Part shown: in pieces, positions 12,071 to 25,990 of the stretch
Position numbering within the stretch: the first letter of the stretch is position 1
How the letters are laid out: each line of letters opens with the position of its first letter
Assembly: GCF_009914755.1 (NCBI RefSeq)
Contig: NC_060929.1
DNA from: the human T2T-CHM13v2.0 reference genome, Homo sapiens
DNA length: 64,000 bases
Reading direction: 5' to 3' (one strand)
The notes under the pieces: generated by a model
What the model was told of the DNA's origin: nothing
The model's database searches: none
The model's input: the letters and a program-made list of their open reading frames with translations, nothing else
Translations under genes and position numbers: made by a program

Positions 12071-14110
12071 TGTATTTGTCTTTTTTCACACTGCTATAAA
12101 GACATGTCTGAGACTGGGTAATTTATAAAGAAAAGAGGTTTAATTGGCTCACAGTTCTGTAGGGTGTGCAGGCTTATGCTGCTGGGGAGGCCTCAGGAAA
12201 CTTACAATCATGGTGGAAGGCAAAAGGGAAGCAGACACATCTTCACATGACTGGCAGGAGAGAGAGAGCAAAAGGGGAAGTGCTACACACTTTTAAACAA
12301 TGAGATCTCATGAGAACTCACACACTATCATGAGAACAGCAAGGGGGATGTCTGCCCCCATGATCCAGTCACTTCCCACCAGGCCACTCCTCCAACATTG
12401 GGGATTACACTTCAACATGAGATTTGGGTGCAGACACAAAGCCAAACCATATCATGCCATCCCTGGCCCCTCCCACATCCCCTTCTCACATTTCAAAACA
12501 TGATCATGCATTGCCAAGAGTCCCCCAAAATCTTAACTCATTCCAGTGTTAACTCAAAAGTTCAAGTCCAAGGTCTCATGTGAGACAAGGCAAGTCTCTT
12601 CGACCTACGAGCCTATAAAATCAAAACCAAGCTAGTTTCTTCCAAGATACAATGGGATTACAAGCATTGGGTAAGTTCTCCTATTCTAAGTGAGAGAAAT
12701 TGGCTAAAACAAAGGGGCTACAGGCCCCATGCAAGTCCGAAAACCAGCATGGCAGTCATTAAATCTAAAAGCTCCCAGATAATCTCCTTTGACTCCATGT
12801 CTCACATCCAGGGCACAGTGATGCAAGGGGTAGACTCCTAAGTCCTTGGGAAACTCTGCCCCTGTGGCTCTCCAGGGTACAGCCCCCATGGCTGCTTTCA
12901 TAGGCTGGTATTGAGTGCCTGCAGCTTTTCCAGATGCATGGCGCAAGCTGATGATGGATCTGCCATTCTGTGGTCTGGAGGATGGTGGCTGTCTTCTCAC
13001 AGTTCCATTAGGCAGTGTCCCTTTGAGGACTCCAACCACACATTTTCTTTCTATCCACACTGCCCTAGTAGAGGTTCTCCAAGAGGACTCTACCCCTGCA
13101 GCAGACTTCTGCCTGGACATCCATGCATTTCCATACATCCACTGAAACCTAGGTGGAGGTTCTCAAGCCTCAGCTCTTGCACTCTGCACATCTGCAGGCT
13201 TAACACCACATGGAAGACACCAAGGCTTGAGGCTTGCACCCTCTGAAGCAATGGCCCAAGCTGCATGTTGGCCCCTTTTAGCCACAGCTGGAGCGGGAGC
13301 AGCCACAATGCAGGGTGCCATGTCCCAAGACTGCACAGTGTAGCAGGGCCCTTGGGCTGGCCCACAAAACCATTCTGCCCTCCTAGGCCTCCTGGCCTGT
13401 GATGGGAGGGGCTGCCATGAAGATCTCTGAAATGCCTTGGAGGCACTGTCTTGATTATTAACATTTGGCTCCTGTTTACTTGCGCAAATTTCTGCAGCCT
13501 TGAATTCCTCCCCAGAAAATGGGTTTTTCTTTTCTACCATATGGCTAGGCTGCAAAATTTTCAAACTTTAATATTCTGCTTTCCTTTTAAATATAAGTTC
13601 CAATTTCAGGTCATTTCTTTGTTCATACAGATGAGAGTAGGCTTTTAGAAGCAGCAGGCCACACCTTGAATGCTTTGCTGCTTAGAAATTTCTTCCACCA
13701 GAAAAGCATAGCAAGAGTGACCTCTACTCCAGTTCCCAATAACTTCCTTATCTCCATCTGAGACCACCTCAGCCTGGACTTTATTGTCCATATCACCATC
13801 AGCATTTTGGTCACAACAATTTAACAAGTCTCTAGGAAGTTCCAAACTTTCCCTCATCTTCCTATCTTCTTCCAACCCCTCCAAACTGTTCCAACCTCTA
13901 CTTATTACCCAGTTCCAAAGTTGCTTCTATATTTTCAGATACCTTTATAGCAATGCCCCACTTCTCTGGTTACACACATACTATCACAAGAATAGCAAGG
14001 GAGAAGTCCACCCCCGTGATCCAATCACCTCCCAACAGGCCCCTCCTCCAACATTGAGGATTACAGTTCAAAAAGAGATTCAGGTGGGGACACAAAGCCA
14101 AACCATATCA
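12071..14110 (-). mobile_element. MSTA-like MaLR element: LTR (12071-12454), internal region, partial LTR (~13968-14110)
   Basis: Both LTRs end ccaaaccatatca; MaLR internal sequence lies between; 5-bp TSD ACATT at 12066-12070 and 14111-14115; inserted into an old L1M 3' end. Confidence 0.92.
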
Positions 14111-14536
14111 ACATTTTTGTGTTCTTTTTTATGCTTTTCAGAATTTACAAAAAGTCTAACAATAAACATTTACTACCTGTAAAAATAATAAAACTTTTTT
14201 AAGAGTTGTGGAGAGAGTTCTAAATTTACTCTATTGACTTGCCATAGATATAAAAGCTCAATGATCTCCATTCGGGACAACTTTTACTGAGTACCTGTTA
14301 TGACTAGGCACTATGAACAGGGGTCAAAATCTATTTCTTAAGCCCCTCATGACATCAGAAGGAAATGTAAATTATAAGTGGAGCACCAGGAATCTATTTA
14401 TCCTTCAGTCTGGTCACTTCAGAGTGGTCCTTTGGTCATATGCTGATTTTTTTAAAACAAAATTGATAGATCTCTGTGTTCTGGTTCACAGTATCTAAAC
14501 AATGGACACAATTACAGAGATCTTTCCATGTCTGAC

Positions 14537-16164
14537 TTTTTAAATATGATTTCAGCTTTTATTTTAGATACAGGGGGTACATGTGCGGGTTTGTTACAGG
14601 GGTGTATTGCATGATACTGAGGTTTAGGATAGGGATCTCATCACCCAAGTATTGAGCATAGTACCCAATAGGTAGTTTTTCAACCCATGACCCCTCCTTC
14701 CCTTCCCCATGTAGTAATCCCCAGTGTCTATTGTTTCCATCTTTATGTCCATGTATACCCAATGTTTAGCTCTCACTTATAAGTGAGAACACAGGTATTT
14801 GGTGTTCTGTTCCTGCATTAATTTGCTCTGAATTATGGCCTCCAGCTGCATCCATGTTGCTGCAAAGGACATTATTTCATTCTTTTTGGTGGCTGTGTAG
14901 TATTCCATAGTGTATATGTAATATATTTTCTTTACCCAGTCCACCAATTATGGCCACCTAGGTTGATTCCATGTCTTTGCTGTTGTGAATAGTGCTGCAA
15001 TGAACATGCCAGTGCATGTGTCTTTTTGGCAGAACACTTTGGGTTTTTTGGGAGGTATATGCCCAGTAACGGGATTGCTGGATTGGATGATAGTTATGTT
15101 TTAAGTCCTTTGACAAATCTCCAAACTACTTTCCACTGTGGCTGAAGTCATTTACATTCCCACCAACAATGTATAAGTGTCCCCTTTTCTCTGCAGCCTC
15201 TCCAGCATATATTATTATTTGACTTTTTAATAACAGGCATTCTGATTGGTGTTAGATGGTATCTCATTGTGGCTTTGATTTGCATTTCTCTGATGACTAG
15301 TGATGTGTAGCATTTTTTTTTCATATGTTTGTTGGTTGCTTGTGTGTCTTCTCTTGAGAAGTGTCTGTTCATGTCCTTTGCCCATTTATTAATGGGGTGA
15401 TTTGCTTTTTGCTTGTTGATTTAAGTTCCATATAGATTCTGGATATTAGACTTTTGACAGATGCATATTTTGAGGATATTTTCTCCTATTCTGTAAGCTG
15501 ACTCTTTACTTTGTTGATAGTTTCTTTTGCTGTGTAGAAACTCTTCAGTTTAATTAGGTCCCTCTTGTCAATTTTTGTTTTTGTTGCAGTTGCTTTTGGG
15601 GACTTGGCCAAAAATTCTTTGCCAAGGACAGTGTTGAGAAGGGTATTTCCTAGGTTTTCTTCTAAGTTTTTTATAGTTTGAAATCTTACATTTAAATTTT
15701 TAAGCCATCTTGAGTTAATGTTTGTATATGTTGAAAGGTAGGGCAATATGGTTTGGATTGGTGTCCCCACCCAAATCTCATGTCTAATTGTAATCCTCAA
15801 TCTTGAAGAAGGGGCCTGGTGGGAGGTTATTGGATCCTGGAGACAGATTTCCCCCTTGCCATTCTCATGATAGTGAGTGAGTTCTCATGAGATCTGGTTT
15901 AAAAATGTGTGGCATCTTACCCCCCGCTTCCTCCTTCTCCGGCCATGTAAGACGGGCCTGCTTCCCTTTCACCTTCTACCGTGAGGCTTCTCAGCCATGT
16001 TTCCTGTACAGCCTGTGGAACTGTGAGCCAATTAAACCTCTTTTCTTTATAAATTACCCAGTCTCAGGTAGTTCTTTATAGCAATACAAGAATGGACTAA
16101 TACATAGGGGCACAGTTTCAATCTTCTGCAAATGGCTAGCCAGTTTTCCATGCACCATTTATTG
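14537..16164 (-). mobile_element. L1PA15/16-like element (ORF2 3' part plus 3' UTR), split by an LTR
   Basis: Minus-strand ORF2 peptides MNRHFSRED...[10 protein letters not shown]...HCWWECK and [11 protein letters not shown]...DLIKLKSF. Confidence 0.9.
15744..16104 (+). mobile_element. MSTA-like solo LTR nested in L1
   Basis: atatggtttggat...ccccacccaaatctc...ggactaataca; TSD TAGGG at 15739-15743 and 16105-16109. Confidence 0.92.
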
Positions 16165-16755
16165 TATTCACCTTGCTTGTTTTTCCATTTCTTACTTTTA
16201 ATTGAGATAGTTCAGTTATCTCTTTTGTCTAGGAGGAGCACAAGCAACTCTAAGACATTTTGGCCAGAGAAAAATGTTTAACGTGTTTTGAGTTGACAAT
16301 GAAAATGTATATATATAATAATTATACTTTTATCCCATACTGTATCATTTTCTCCTCCTTTGGAATATATTTTTAGATATTTAATTCCATGTTACAATAA
16401 TTATGCCTGTATTTATTGTTAATTTTAACATCGCAAATCCCAGAGGGTAGTACTTGTCATCTTGAATGCATTAATGCCTAGCACCTTGGCACTCCTGTGA
16501 TGATGTTGTCTGAAATTGGCTTGCTCAGAATAAGACAGAACATGTCCCAGGTCTAGTGGCAGCCAACTGTAGTTAATTGTCTCTAATCAAGATGCCAAGG
16601 AGAACTCATTTCTAATAATCTGTGCAACTAGGTAAGGGTGCAGGCTTTTAAAAATACTCATCACCTAAACACACTTGATATTTGGGGGTTTTCATTGGTT
16701 ATTCTTCTCTGCTGTTAACGAAACTCTTACATAGTTTATGGGGTATTAGCAGGTA

Positions 16756-16990
16756 ATAATAATAGTTTCCAAATTCTTTGTGGGAATTTACAAGCATTTA
16801 CATTTACATCAACTCATTTCATCTTTAGACAACCTCTAGACAAATACTAATATCTCAGTTTTACAGTGGACAGAATAGAAGCCCACTTAGTTTAAATTAC
16901 TTGCCTAAAGTTACATAGCTAATATGAAATAGACCTGGGTTCAAACTTGTGTTTCCTGACTTCAAGTCCCATGCTTTCTCAGCTATACCA
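16756..16990 (-). mobile_element. MIR
   Basis: cagttttacag...acttgcctaaagttacatagcta...gggttcaaact core. Confidence 0.75.
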
Positions 16991-17885
16991 AGGTGTTGTG
17001 ACTCTACCCCAGCCTTTGAACTTGGAAATAGAGGGGTATTACCAAGTATTACTGGGTTAGCTCAACCTAATCATAATTGCCCCAGAGGCCACCTCTAATT
17101 GATAATATTAAGCATACTTTATTAAGGTTCCATAGAGAACCACTGACAAGGTTTCTACAAGGATATTAACACACACTCCACAGCTTTACTTCTGATTGAG
17201 CTCTGTTATTCTCTGGCACAGTCTTCCTAAGACCAATTAATAGTGATCATGGCAGTCAGCCTGTTATCTTAGGATTCAAAGAAAATATCTACATAAATAT
17301 AGCAGTCAATCCATTGAAGTAGTGACTACAATACTGAACCTGAATAAAATTTAGTTTACTAAATGAAGATATGCAGATTCAATAAATGATTATGGACCAA
17401 CATTTCATCAGCAACTGCTATAAATGTGAAAAATCATTATTTTTCATATATACACATGATCATCAGACCCACTAAAGGTAATTCATGTGACCAAAACTTT
17501 CTGCTGCTAAGAGATTAAAATGCATGTTAATCAGTAGAATTTAAGAAAGCCAGAGTAAAATGTAAATTGTGATGAAATCATTAAAGGAGTAACTTGAAAA
17601 ACCTTCTATATCCTGGCATAAAAGTGATTATAGCACAGAGGACAGAATATTTTATTTCTTGACCTTGATTATGAGTATTGTTATAGGTTCTTGAATTTTC
17701 CTTAGGTCAGAATAGAGACATTAATTCTAAAGCAGTTAGAGAAATTAGTCTCTTTATCTCTTTCCTTATAGTTAATAGCATAGAGAAATAAATCTCTAAA
17801 CCAATTTGAAACAGGATTTAACTGTCATTTCACTTATGTGTCTCTTCATTTTCTTTTACTCTATAACAGAAGTTTTTAAAAATAA

Positions 17886-18026
<141 letters not shown>

Positions 18027-18545
18027 CAGTCTCAAAAAATACTTTGATGTTCACTAGACTATGTTTTCTATTCATTTCTTTAAAATGAAAAAGGAGAATT
18101 TCAAGTCAGCAGCCGCTATTACCGTATCTTACAATTTAATTACATACACAGTGAATTGAAACCATTGTGCAAAATGGATTACACATGTATACAAAGATAC
18201 GATTTGATGATGACACTGGCACATTATTCTAAACTATTCATTCAGCATGCCTATAATTACATAAATTGTATGAGACTTTTTGTTGCAAAGGACACATTTA
18301 TCATATTCATTCACACATATTATATGTGATAGCTGTCCAACATCCTGTCTGGGAAGATTTTGAAAACAGGACAAAGAAAACATCATTTTAAAATGTCTTC
18401 AGCTTTTTTTGAATAGACGTATTCAAACATATTCTGAACATTGATGTTTGAACATTTTAATTTGTGTGATGATGTAGAAAATATAATTTTAGTTTGTACA
18501 TAAACATTGTGAAAATCTGATAATAAAATTTTTGATACATTGAAG
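18027..18545 (+). other. XRCC4: XRCC4 3' UTR (end approximate)
   Basis: AT-rich unique sequence from the stop codon to about 20 nt past AATAAA (18522), followed by a GT/T-rich element (gattttgtgttttt). Confidence 0.8.
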
Positions 18546-18564
18546 ATTTTGTGTTTTTAATAAA
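18522..18564 (+). terminator. Tandem polyadenylation signals AATAAA (18522-18527, 18559-18564)
   Basis: Two canonical hexamers, each followed by GT-rich sequence; upstream TGTA at 18495. Confidence 0.8.
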
Positions 18565-18799
18565 ATGTGTTATTTAGGTTAACTTTTATTTTAGTAAGTA
18601 ACAGGTTTTTAGAAACTGCTTATTAATGTAAATGTAACCCCCTGTGTGGCAAAAGAAAAGCATATTTTTCAGGGATTATTGATAAAAGATTTATCTTACA
18701 CATACAGGGGCCCTTCTTGAAGACAAGGACCTTGTCATAGCTATTTATCTCCAGTAACATCTGGCACTATTATCTTTGTAGTCACTGTTTCTGCTTCTT

Positions 18800-20250
18800 A
18801 ACCTTTCATTCTTTCTTCACTTCTTACCTGTTTAATATCCATTCCTTCCGTGCTACTCAAAGTTAACAACATCAGAGTTAACCATGACCACCATGTTGCT
18901 AAATCCAGTGGTTGACCCATTCTTAGTCCTCACGTTACTAAGCCTCTCAGCACATTTGATATAGTTGATTGATTCTCCTCAGTAAACATTTTCACTTGAC
19001 TTTTGCAATAGCATATGCTCTTTGTATTCCTCCTTTCCAGTCACTAATTGTTTAGACCTTTTGGCTGATGCCTTCTCCTTTGCCCAATAGTTAAAAGTTT
19101 GAGTGTGCTGGGTTTAATTATCAGCCGTCTTCTCTTCATTACCCACATTGTCACCCTAGGTTATTCTAGGTCGTTTGTGATTTTAAATGCCATCTATATG
19201 TTAATATCTCCAAAATTACGTAGTTTTCTTTGTAGCCAAATTTTATATGTACATACATATACATGGATATACATGGGTGTATGTATAATTTATCATTAAC
19301 TTGTCACAAAAGGAGTTTCTTAAGATTTCTTAAAAATTGTTTGTATTAAATCTTGATACATCTTGGCATCTTTTATAAAATACAGACGAGTATAGCTATC
19401 TACTTATACCTTTCTTTAGATGTTTTAGCATATCCAAAGCAGAAATTTGATTATCCTTACCATCATTTCTTCTCCAGTCTTACCCATTTGGGAAATTTCA
19501 CTACCACAATGCAGTTGCTTCAAGCTAAAAACCCAGGAATCTTCCTTGGTGTCTTTGCTTTCTTCTCCTTGCACATCCTGTTATTTTTACTTCCAAAATA
19601 CAAATTGACTCTCCCTTTGTGTCTCTCTACTGCAGCTGCTGCAGCTACACTCCTTCCTCACTGGTCTCCCTGCTTAATTTTCTATTCTCCTACAATGAGG
19701 CCAAACTGAATTTTAAAATCTTAGATAAGATTATTTTCCTACCTGGATTAAAACCTACCAATAATGAACCATTGCCCTTTGAAAAAAGTCTGCACCTGTA
19801 CCTTGGCCTACAAAGTTTGATATGATGGCACCCCTGCTTACCTCCCCAACCTGATTTCCCACCCCTCTCTCTTTACTCCCCTTGCCTCTCAAGTAGGCCA
19901 GAGCTCAGAACCATTGTATTGCTAATCTCTCTGCCTGGAATGCTCAGCTTCACATGGTTGGTTTCTTTATCTTTCAGATTTAGAACCAAATGTCATCTCC
20001 TCAGGGGTGCATTCCCTGAAATACCCTTTTTAGGGTTGTCCACCCTCCCAGTCACTCTCTGTCCCATTAAAAGGTTTTTTCCATTATGCATATCACTCTC
20101 TCGAATTACTTTTTCATGTCTCCTCTCCCGGTGGAACATAAGCCCTATCACAGCAGAAACATGGCCATCTGCTTTACCTCTCTATCCCCAGTACTAAGAG
20201 CAAGGTTCATAGAAGCTTAATTAGTGTTTGTTGAATGAAAGAATGCATGT
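18800..20250 (+). mobile_element. Fragmented L2
   Basis: catgttgctaaatccagtgg, ctctgcctggaatgct, aaatgtcatctcctcag and the terminus tgttgaatgaaagaatg. Confidence 0.75.
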
Positions 20251-20423
20251 TTATCACATAGTAGGCACTCGAAAGTTTCTTTACTTACTAAACCATTTTG
20301 AAAGGATTGAAAGATTGAAATTTAGCTGGATGACTTGATACAAAGAAATAATTATTCAGAAAGCTCAAGTACTCTTTGTGAATAATGGTAAATAATAGGT
20401 ATATAAATGCATGCACATAGGTG

Positions 20424-20721
20424 TTTTGTTTTGCTTTGTTTGAGACAGAGCCTCACACCATCACCCAGGCTGGAGTACAGTGGTGTGATCACAGCTCACT
20501 GCAACCTCTGCCTCCCTGGTTCAAGAGATTCTTGTGCCTCAGACACCCAGGTAGTTTTTACAGGCATGTGCCACCACACCCGGCTAATTTTTTGTATTTT
20601 TAGTAGAGATGGGGTTTGGCCATGTTGGCCAGGCTGGTCTCAACCTCCTAACCTCAAGTGATCCGCCCACCTCGGCCTCCCAAAGTGCTAGGATTACAGG
20701 CATGAGCCACTGCAGCCTGCC
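20424..20721 (-). mobile_element. Alu (J or old S)
   Basis: Full dimer on the minus strand with a (GTTTT)-like tail. Confidence 0.92.
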
Positions 20722-21864
20722 AGGTTTGACAGTAGAGAGAGAATAAGAAAAAAATTACACACATACACTATTAATCAGGAAAAGGATTTGACTAAGTCAA
20801 TGGGATAGCAAAATATTTTAAATAGAAATTTTCCTACATTTTAATTTATTTGATGGCTTATATGCAAAAGGAAAAAAATTTTTAATATATGAAATTTAAA
20901 TATATAATTATAAACTATCAAATTCTACTCAGTCACTTTGGAACTTCACTGTAATACTGAACTTAGCACTATCCTAGATTTACCCTGTATCTTTCCAAAG
21001 TGATTTTGTATGTGAAATACCAAAATCTCAAAATAATATTATCTCACCTGAATAGACCACAAATGACTAACCAAAATTAGTATACAACTGTATATGTGTG
21101 TATATGTGTCTATCTATCTATCTATATATATAGATATAGTGAAAGAGAAGAAATTTTCTTATCTTTTGGCTATTAACTCCCTGGTGATAAGAGATGTAGG
21201 GAAGGTATTTCCCAAGTAATAATAACAAGTCTATAAAGGTCATAATATTTAGAAAATGTTTGTTTATATTTTTCTAAGGCAGCTGATCTTTTCAATCATT
21301 GCTGTGTGTCAGATTGATTGAGTTGGTTAGAACAGAACATAATAAGCCTATAATCTTGGGTTCCTATTTATATCTCATGTGGAGAAATTGAAGACGTGGT
21401 TTTTTATATTTCTTACCTTATATAGACAGAGATCTACAGATCTGGTATAAACATGTCCAGATCCTATTATTCCATACCACGTTTTCTCCTCACATTTTTT
21501 TAATTGTCTATACTCTAAACATTGTTGCAGAATGCTGAAATGGAAGGCACAGAAATTGAGTTACAATGCAGCATGGCTTTTTTGACCTTATCATCCTCAC
21601 CTCTAAGATAAGGAGATTACATTTCTGAAGGTTTTTTCATCTTAAAATGTATAATTTTTGGCCCTTGCATCAGATGGTATGGCTCCAGCCTCATTACAGA
21701 AGTTAATGAAAGAAAAAAAAATCCCCTCTCAAGAGATGTCTTTATTATGTGGTTTTAAAAGGTCAAGAAACTACTTTGGAAAAGTTTTTCTGAATGGCCT
21801 ATAACTCAGATTTGTAAAATACAGGACCCTGTGTTTTTGAGCCAAGCAGCTCTTTATTGGGCAA

Positions 21865-22060
21865 GTTTGATTCAACAAATGTTTATTAAGGATCAGCTAT
21901 GCACAAAATACAGAACTGGGCCATGTGAAAAATTAAAGGATAAATCGATCCTTTCAACAAATATTTGTAAGTATTTTTGCCAGTCTCTGTTCTGGACACT
22001 AGATGTGGCAGTGAATAGCACAGACAAGTGTCCTGTTTCTGTTGAGGTTATATTCTAGAA
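21865..22060 (-). mobile_element. Two adjacent L2 3'-end fragments
   Basis: ttcaacaaatgtttatt and ttcaacaaatatttg starts. Confidence 0.6.
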
Positions 22061-23579
22061 ATGAAAAGAATGGAGTATATGGGAGGGGATTGCATTGAGT
22101 TTTACACATGAAACTACTATGTAATGAACTATAATATGAAGGAGTGGTAGTCCAGATGGTATAAAAAGAACACAAAATTTAAAGGTATGGATAAGAATCC
22201 ATAAAAGATTCAATTAAGAGATTATGAGAAATCGGGGGGGTTGGAGAGTGGGCTGAGGATGCGACTATCTTCCTCGGATCACATGAGAATACAGAAGGTA
22301 CTGGGGCTGGGTTTGGGTGGGTACATGGCATTAATGCCTAAATTTGTCACTGTGAATCATTGGAATGAAGGAGACAAGTTACAAGGTATTCCAGAAGCAA
22401 TGTTGGCCAAAGGTATTTTAGTAGTGTGAACAGTGAGCGACGTTATGTCAAGAAGACATGACAAGAATTGAGCTCTGCAGTTCTAACTGGCACTTCCTTG
22501 GGAAGGTATGAGCTGCCAAAAAATCGAAGGTCATAGGGCCCTTCCTGGGTGTCCGGAAATTGGAAAGGAAAGCCAAACAAGAGGTCTCTTGATAGAGCTG
22601 CCCCGGAGAAGCAAGCAACCCTTGCCTTTTCATGTCTCTGTCATTCTTGCACTCAGTATTATTTATAGAATCAATTTTTAATAAAAGTGAAACTAGCTGA
22701 CATCTAAATTCACAAAGGCCTCACGAATTTACTTATAAGACAAGAAATCCCAAAAATAGGTAGTTACATTTTGTATTCATTTCAATGATTTTGTGAGGGA
22801 AAATGATATAGTAACAAAAGAACTATTCATGCATCCATTTGTAGCTATTGTCTGAATTTAACATTTTCACTACTGATCTGACAGCTTCTAATAAACGTTT
22901 CGGGAAGGTAGACTTCATTTGTAAGTGTTCTATGAACTAACCTAAAGTGGTTTTCTCCGTATCTTGATTACTGGAAATGGATACCTTGAGAAATGCATTA
23001 GAGCAAGCATTTTATGGTTGCTTCATTAACTGACCATCCACCATCGCTGTTCCTGACTCCCAACTCCCTTTCTTATCTGCTCAAAAACACTCTCCAGCTT
23101 ACATTAAACTCAGGTTCTTTCTTTCATATATCCACATATCTTCTCATTTAGCTGCTATTTTCCTCTTTTTTTTCTTTTCCTCTCCTCTATTTAAATAAAA
23201 TTCAATATGAATTTTATGTTAATTTTTCTTCCCTCTTTCAAAGGGCTTTCATTTAAAACTCTCATTTCACAATCTCACAAGCAGCTAAACTTTCTAAATG
23301 AGAGTCTCAATGCCCCTAAAGGCTCTTGGTTCTGCAGGGAAGTAAAGAGAGATTAGAGCCCTGCACCCATCTTGATACTGAATTTTCTTTTAAGGGCAGG
23401 AGCAATTTTGGTAGCCGCTGTTCCAGTAAATGGAATATAGACCAGTCTTGAACAACTTACTTTTGATTTAGAGAAAATCTCTGACTTAACTGCAATCTTA
23501 GAAATAACATAACTAGTCAAATTAATATAGGTGGATTAAACAATTTCTATAAAACCTGTTCATACAAGACCCTTCTAGG

Positions 23580-24090
23580 AATCTGTCTTTCCTTGCATTC
23601 CTCCAAAAACTGGGCCAGAGACAAGGGCATATATAAAAGCAATGTGGTGGGACAGTAAGCATAAAACAGGAAAGGCGGAGAAGCGACTGCAAGGATGCCT
23701 TATCAAGATGGCCACCCTGTTGATGACATATGCTTCATCCCACCAGGATCTTCCAAGGAACCTTTTGAAAGTTTTCTCGGAACTGTATATGCAGGGGTGA
23801 AAAGGAAAAGCCTTTATCCATCACTTGCTGTTTCCTAGTGGTCAAGGGTAGCCTGGAAACATTGTTCTCCCTACTTCGGGTTTCCCATGTGTGAATACAC
23901 ACCAGGTCTTGCAAATGACCCACGCTGCAGTCTCAGAGAAGCCCCAGGGCAGGAAACAAGAGAAGCAGGGGTGCCAGTTACACCTACTTATAGTAGGGGA
24001 AAGACTACCTGGAACTGAGTGCCAAAGGAATGGCTGCTATTGATATAGGGCTCAGAGGAGTTTGAAGTAGTGTACAGAAGAGCCCAATAC
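23580..24090. mobile_element. Old ERVL-type LTR (LTR16/LTR33-like)
   Basis: tttatccatcac...gtggtcaagggtagcc...cagagaagccccagggcag; family and ends uncertain. Confidence 0.45.
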
Positions 24091-25231
24091 AGTACCCATG
24101 CTTTATACCACATGACCCTGCCCCACTTCCCACCCCTAGCCAGAGTTGATTAGATCAGGGGAAGAAATGTTCTGGCTAACTTGAGTTCTTGGCCTGGCTG
24201 AACTTGGGTTTGCTGAAGAAGCCAATCTATAAATTACCAGAGAATGCTGTTAGAAGAGAGAAATGAGCAAATTTGCACACAGAAGCAGAGCACCCTGGGG
24301 ACCGACAGGGGAAGTAGCCAGTGCCTGGAGTGGCCTTCATCCTTATATATTTCTGGACCAATTCTGATATACACATATCCTTAGAAATCACTGCCTCCTT
24401 TTCTGATGTTTTATTAGTCGAATGGTTCTTTGAAACAAACAAGAAATTACCTAATTAATAAGGAAACAGAATACATTCTCCAGAGAAGATTTCAATTAAT
24501 TTCCATTAGCTTCAATTAACAAGTTTGTCGCAAGTTAACACTACCATTAAAAGAATATTTCAGAAGACCTTCAATCAATACTGGTAGAGACAATTAAACT
24601 TCTCGATATGATAGGAAAATAAAATCAATTTTATAATTAAATATGTGTAATTTTCCTAATATAAATGTTTAAGTTTATTAAAATGCCATTACATGCAGCT
24701 ATGGTCTTATCTACATTAGATGTATCTTCTAATCACTGACAGATTTTAGTAATAGAGTGAAATGTCTGTGATCTTCGGCAACAGCATAGTACTATATATT
24801 TTATAAATAAGAAATGTCAAATACGAAGAACTTCACAAAGATGGCCACCATTGGTAGAATAATACGTATATTAATCCTTGAGACAATACAAAGCAACCTA
24901 TTTTACTTCATCTTATCAAATAGTCAAGAGACTACTTCAGAGTTATAGCATTTTTATGTTACGACAAGGAGTTCTCTCTGTCACTCTCTCATATAAGATG
25001 TGTTTGAAGTCCTTAGTAGAGTTCTAGATAATCTACTGGGACAAGATGATTGTAGTGATGATGGGAGATGTATGCTTAAAGGTGATGGTTTCATCATTAT
25101 ACTTTGCAAATAATTAGGGAAATTCAACCAGGTGAAATTTTTCAGAAACACCTACTGATATTAGAAACAACCTGTTTCTGTCTGCTGAAAGAGGTATAAT
25201 ACAGTATATTTCTCTGAGGAACTAAGTTTAC

Positions 25232-25688
25232 AGTGGTGTAATTATATTACTACCAAAGATTAAATGATTCTCATGAATATTTGCTCTTTAATGCCAAAAT
25301 CCATTAACTTGCTTTGGCCAATAAAATGTGAATGAAATAACAATATGCCAGTTTTGAGCCTTGAACTAAAGAGGCATTACATGCTTCTGCTTGCCCTTTG
25401 GGAGAGTCAAATCTCTGCTATGAGGAGAACATGCCACAAGTAGCTGCTGCCTCTCCCACCTGGGCTTCTGAAGAGTTACAGAGCAGAACAGAACCTGATT
25501 CACATGCTGGAGCCACGCCCACTCCCCTGAAACCTTTAGAAGAGCCGTCCAGCTGAGCCCAGTCTAGATAAGCTGAACCACAGTCAACCATGCTATCCTG
25601 TGACCATGAGTAATGCTTGCTACCAAAAGCCACTGAGCTTTGGGATAGTTAGTTACATAGCAGTGTTTTGACAATAACTGACTAATAC
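25232..25688 (+). mobile_element. MaLR LTR, MLT1H-like
   Basis: cttgctttggccaataaaatgtg...atgaggagaacatgcc...aagccactgagctttggg...actgactaatac. Confidence 0.8.
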
Positions 25689-25809
25689 TTACATGGAATA
25701 ACAATTTTACAACATTTGTAGTAGCTTCTAGTATATTCATGAAACAGAAATCAGGTATTTTCTGGCTGGAACCTGGTAATAAAATAAATAGGAATTAGGA
25801 ATGTGGGTT

Positions 25810-25990
25810 TGGGGACCAGATCAAGCCAAGTTTCTACCATGCTTCTGACAGCTATTGACTGTGTGACTTACTTATTTTCTCTGAACTTGAGTTTTCTTAT
25901 GCATACAATGAGAAATAAGATGATGCACATAAAGCAGCACAGTACCTGGTGCACAGTAAGTGAGGAATATGTGGAAGCTCTTTTGTTACT
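25810..25990 (+). mobile_element. MIR
   Basis: ctgtgtgactt...ctctgaacttgagttttcttat...cacagtacctggtgcacagtaagtg. Confidence 0.65.

Noticed and set aside
12300-14182. Cluster of overlapping 60-144 aa ORFs on both strands
   Set aside because: All lie in or start in the MST element. GC-richer MaLR sequence routinely yields such ORFs and none has gene structure.
24227-24442. Peptide TSEKEAV, resembling my recollection of a minor XRCC4 isoform's C-terminus
   Set aside because: It is on the minus strand, downstream of the gene and in LTR-like sequence, so it cannot be an XRCC4 exon. The recollection is also uncertain.
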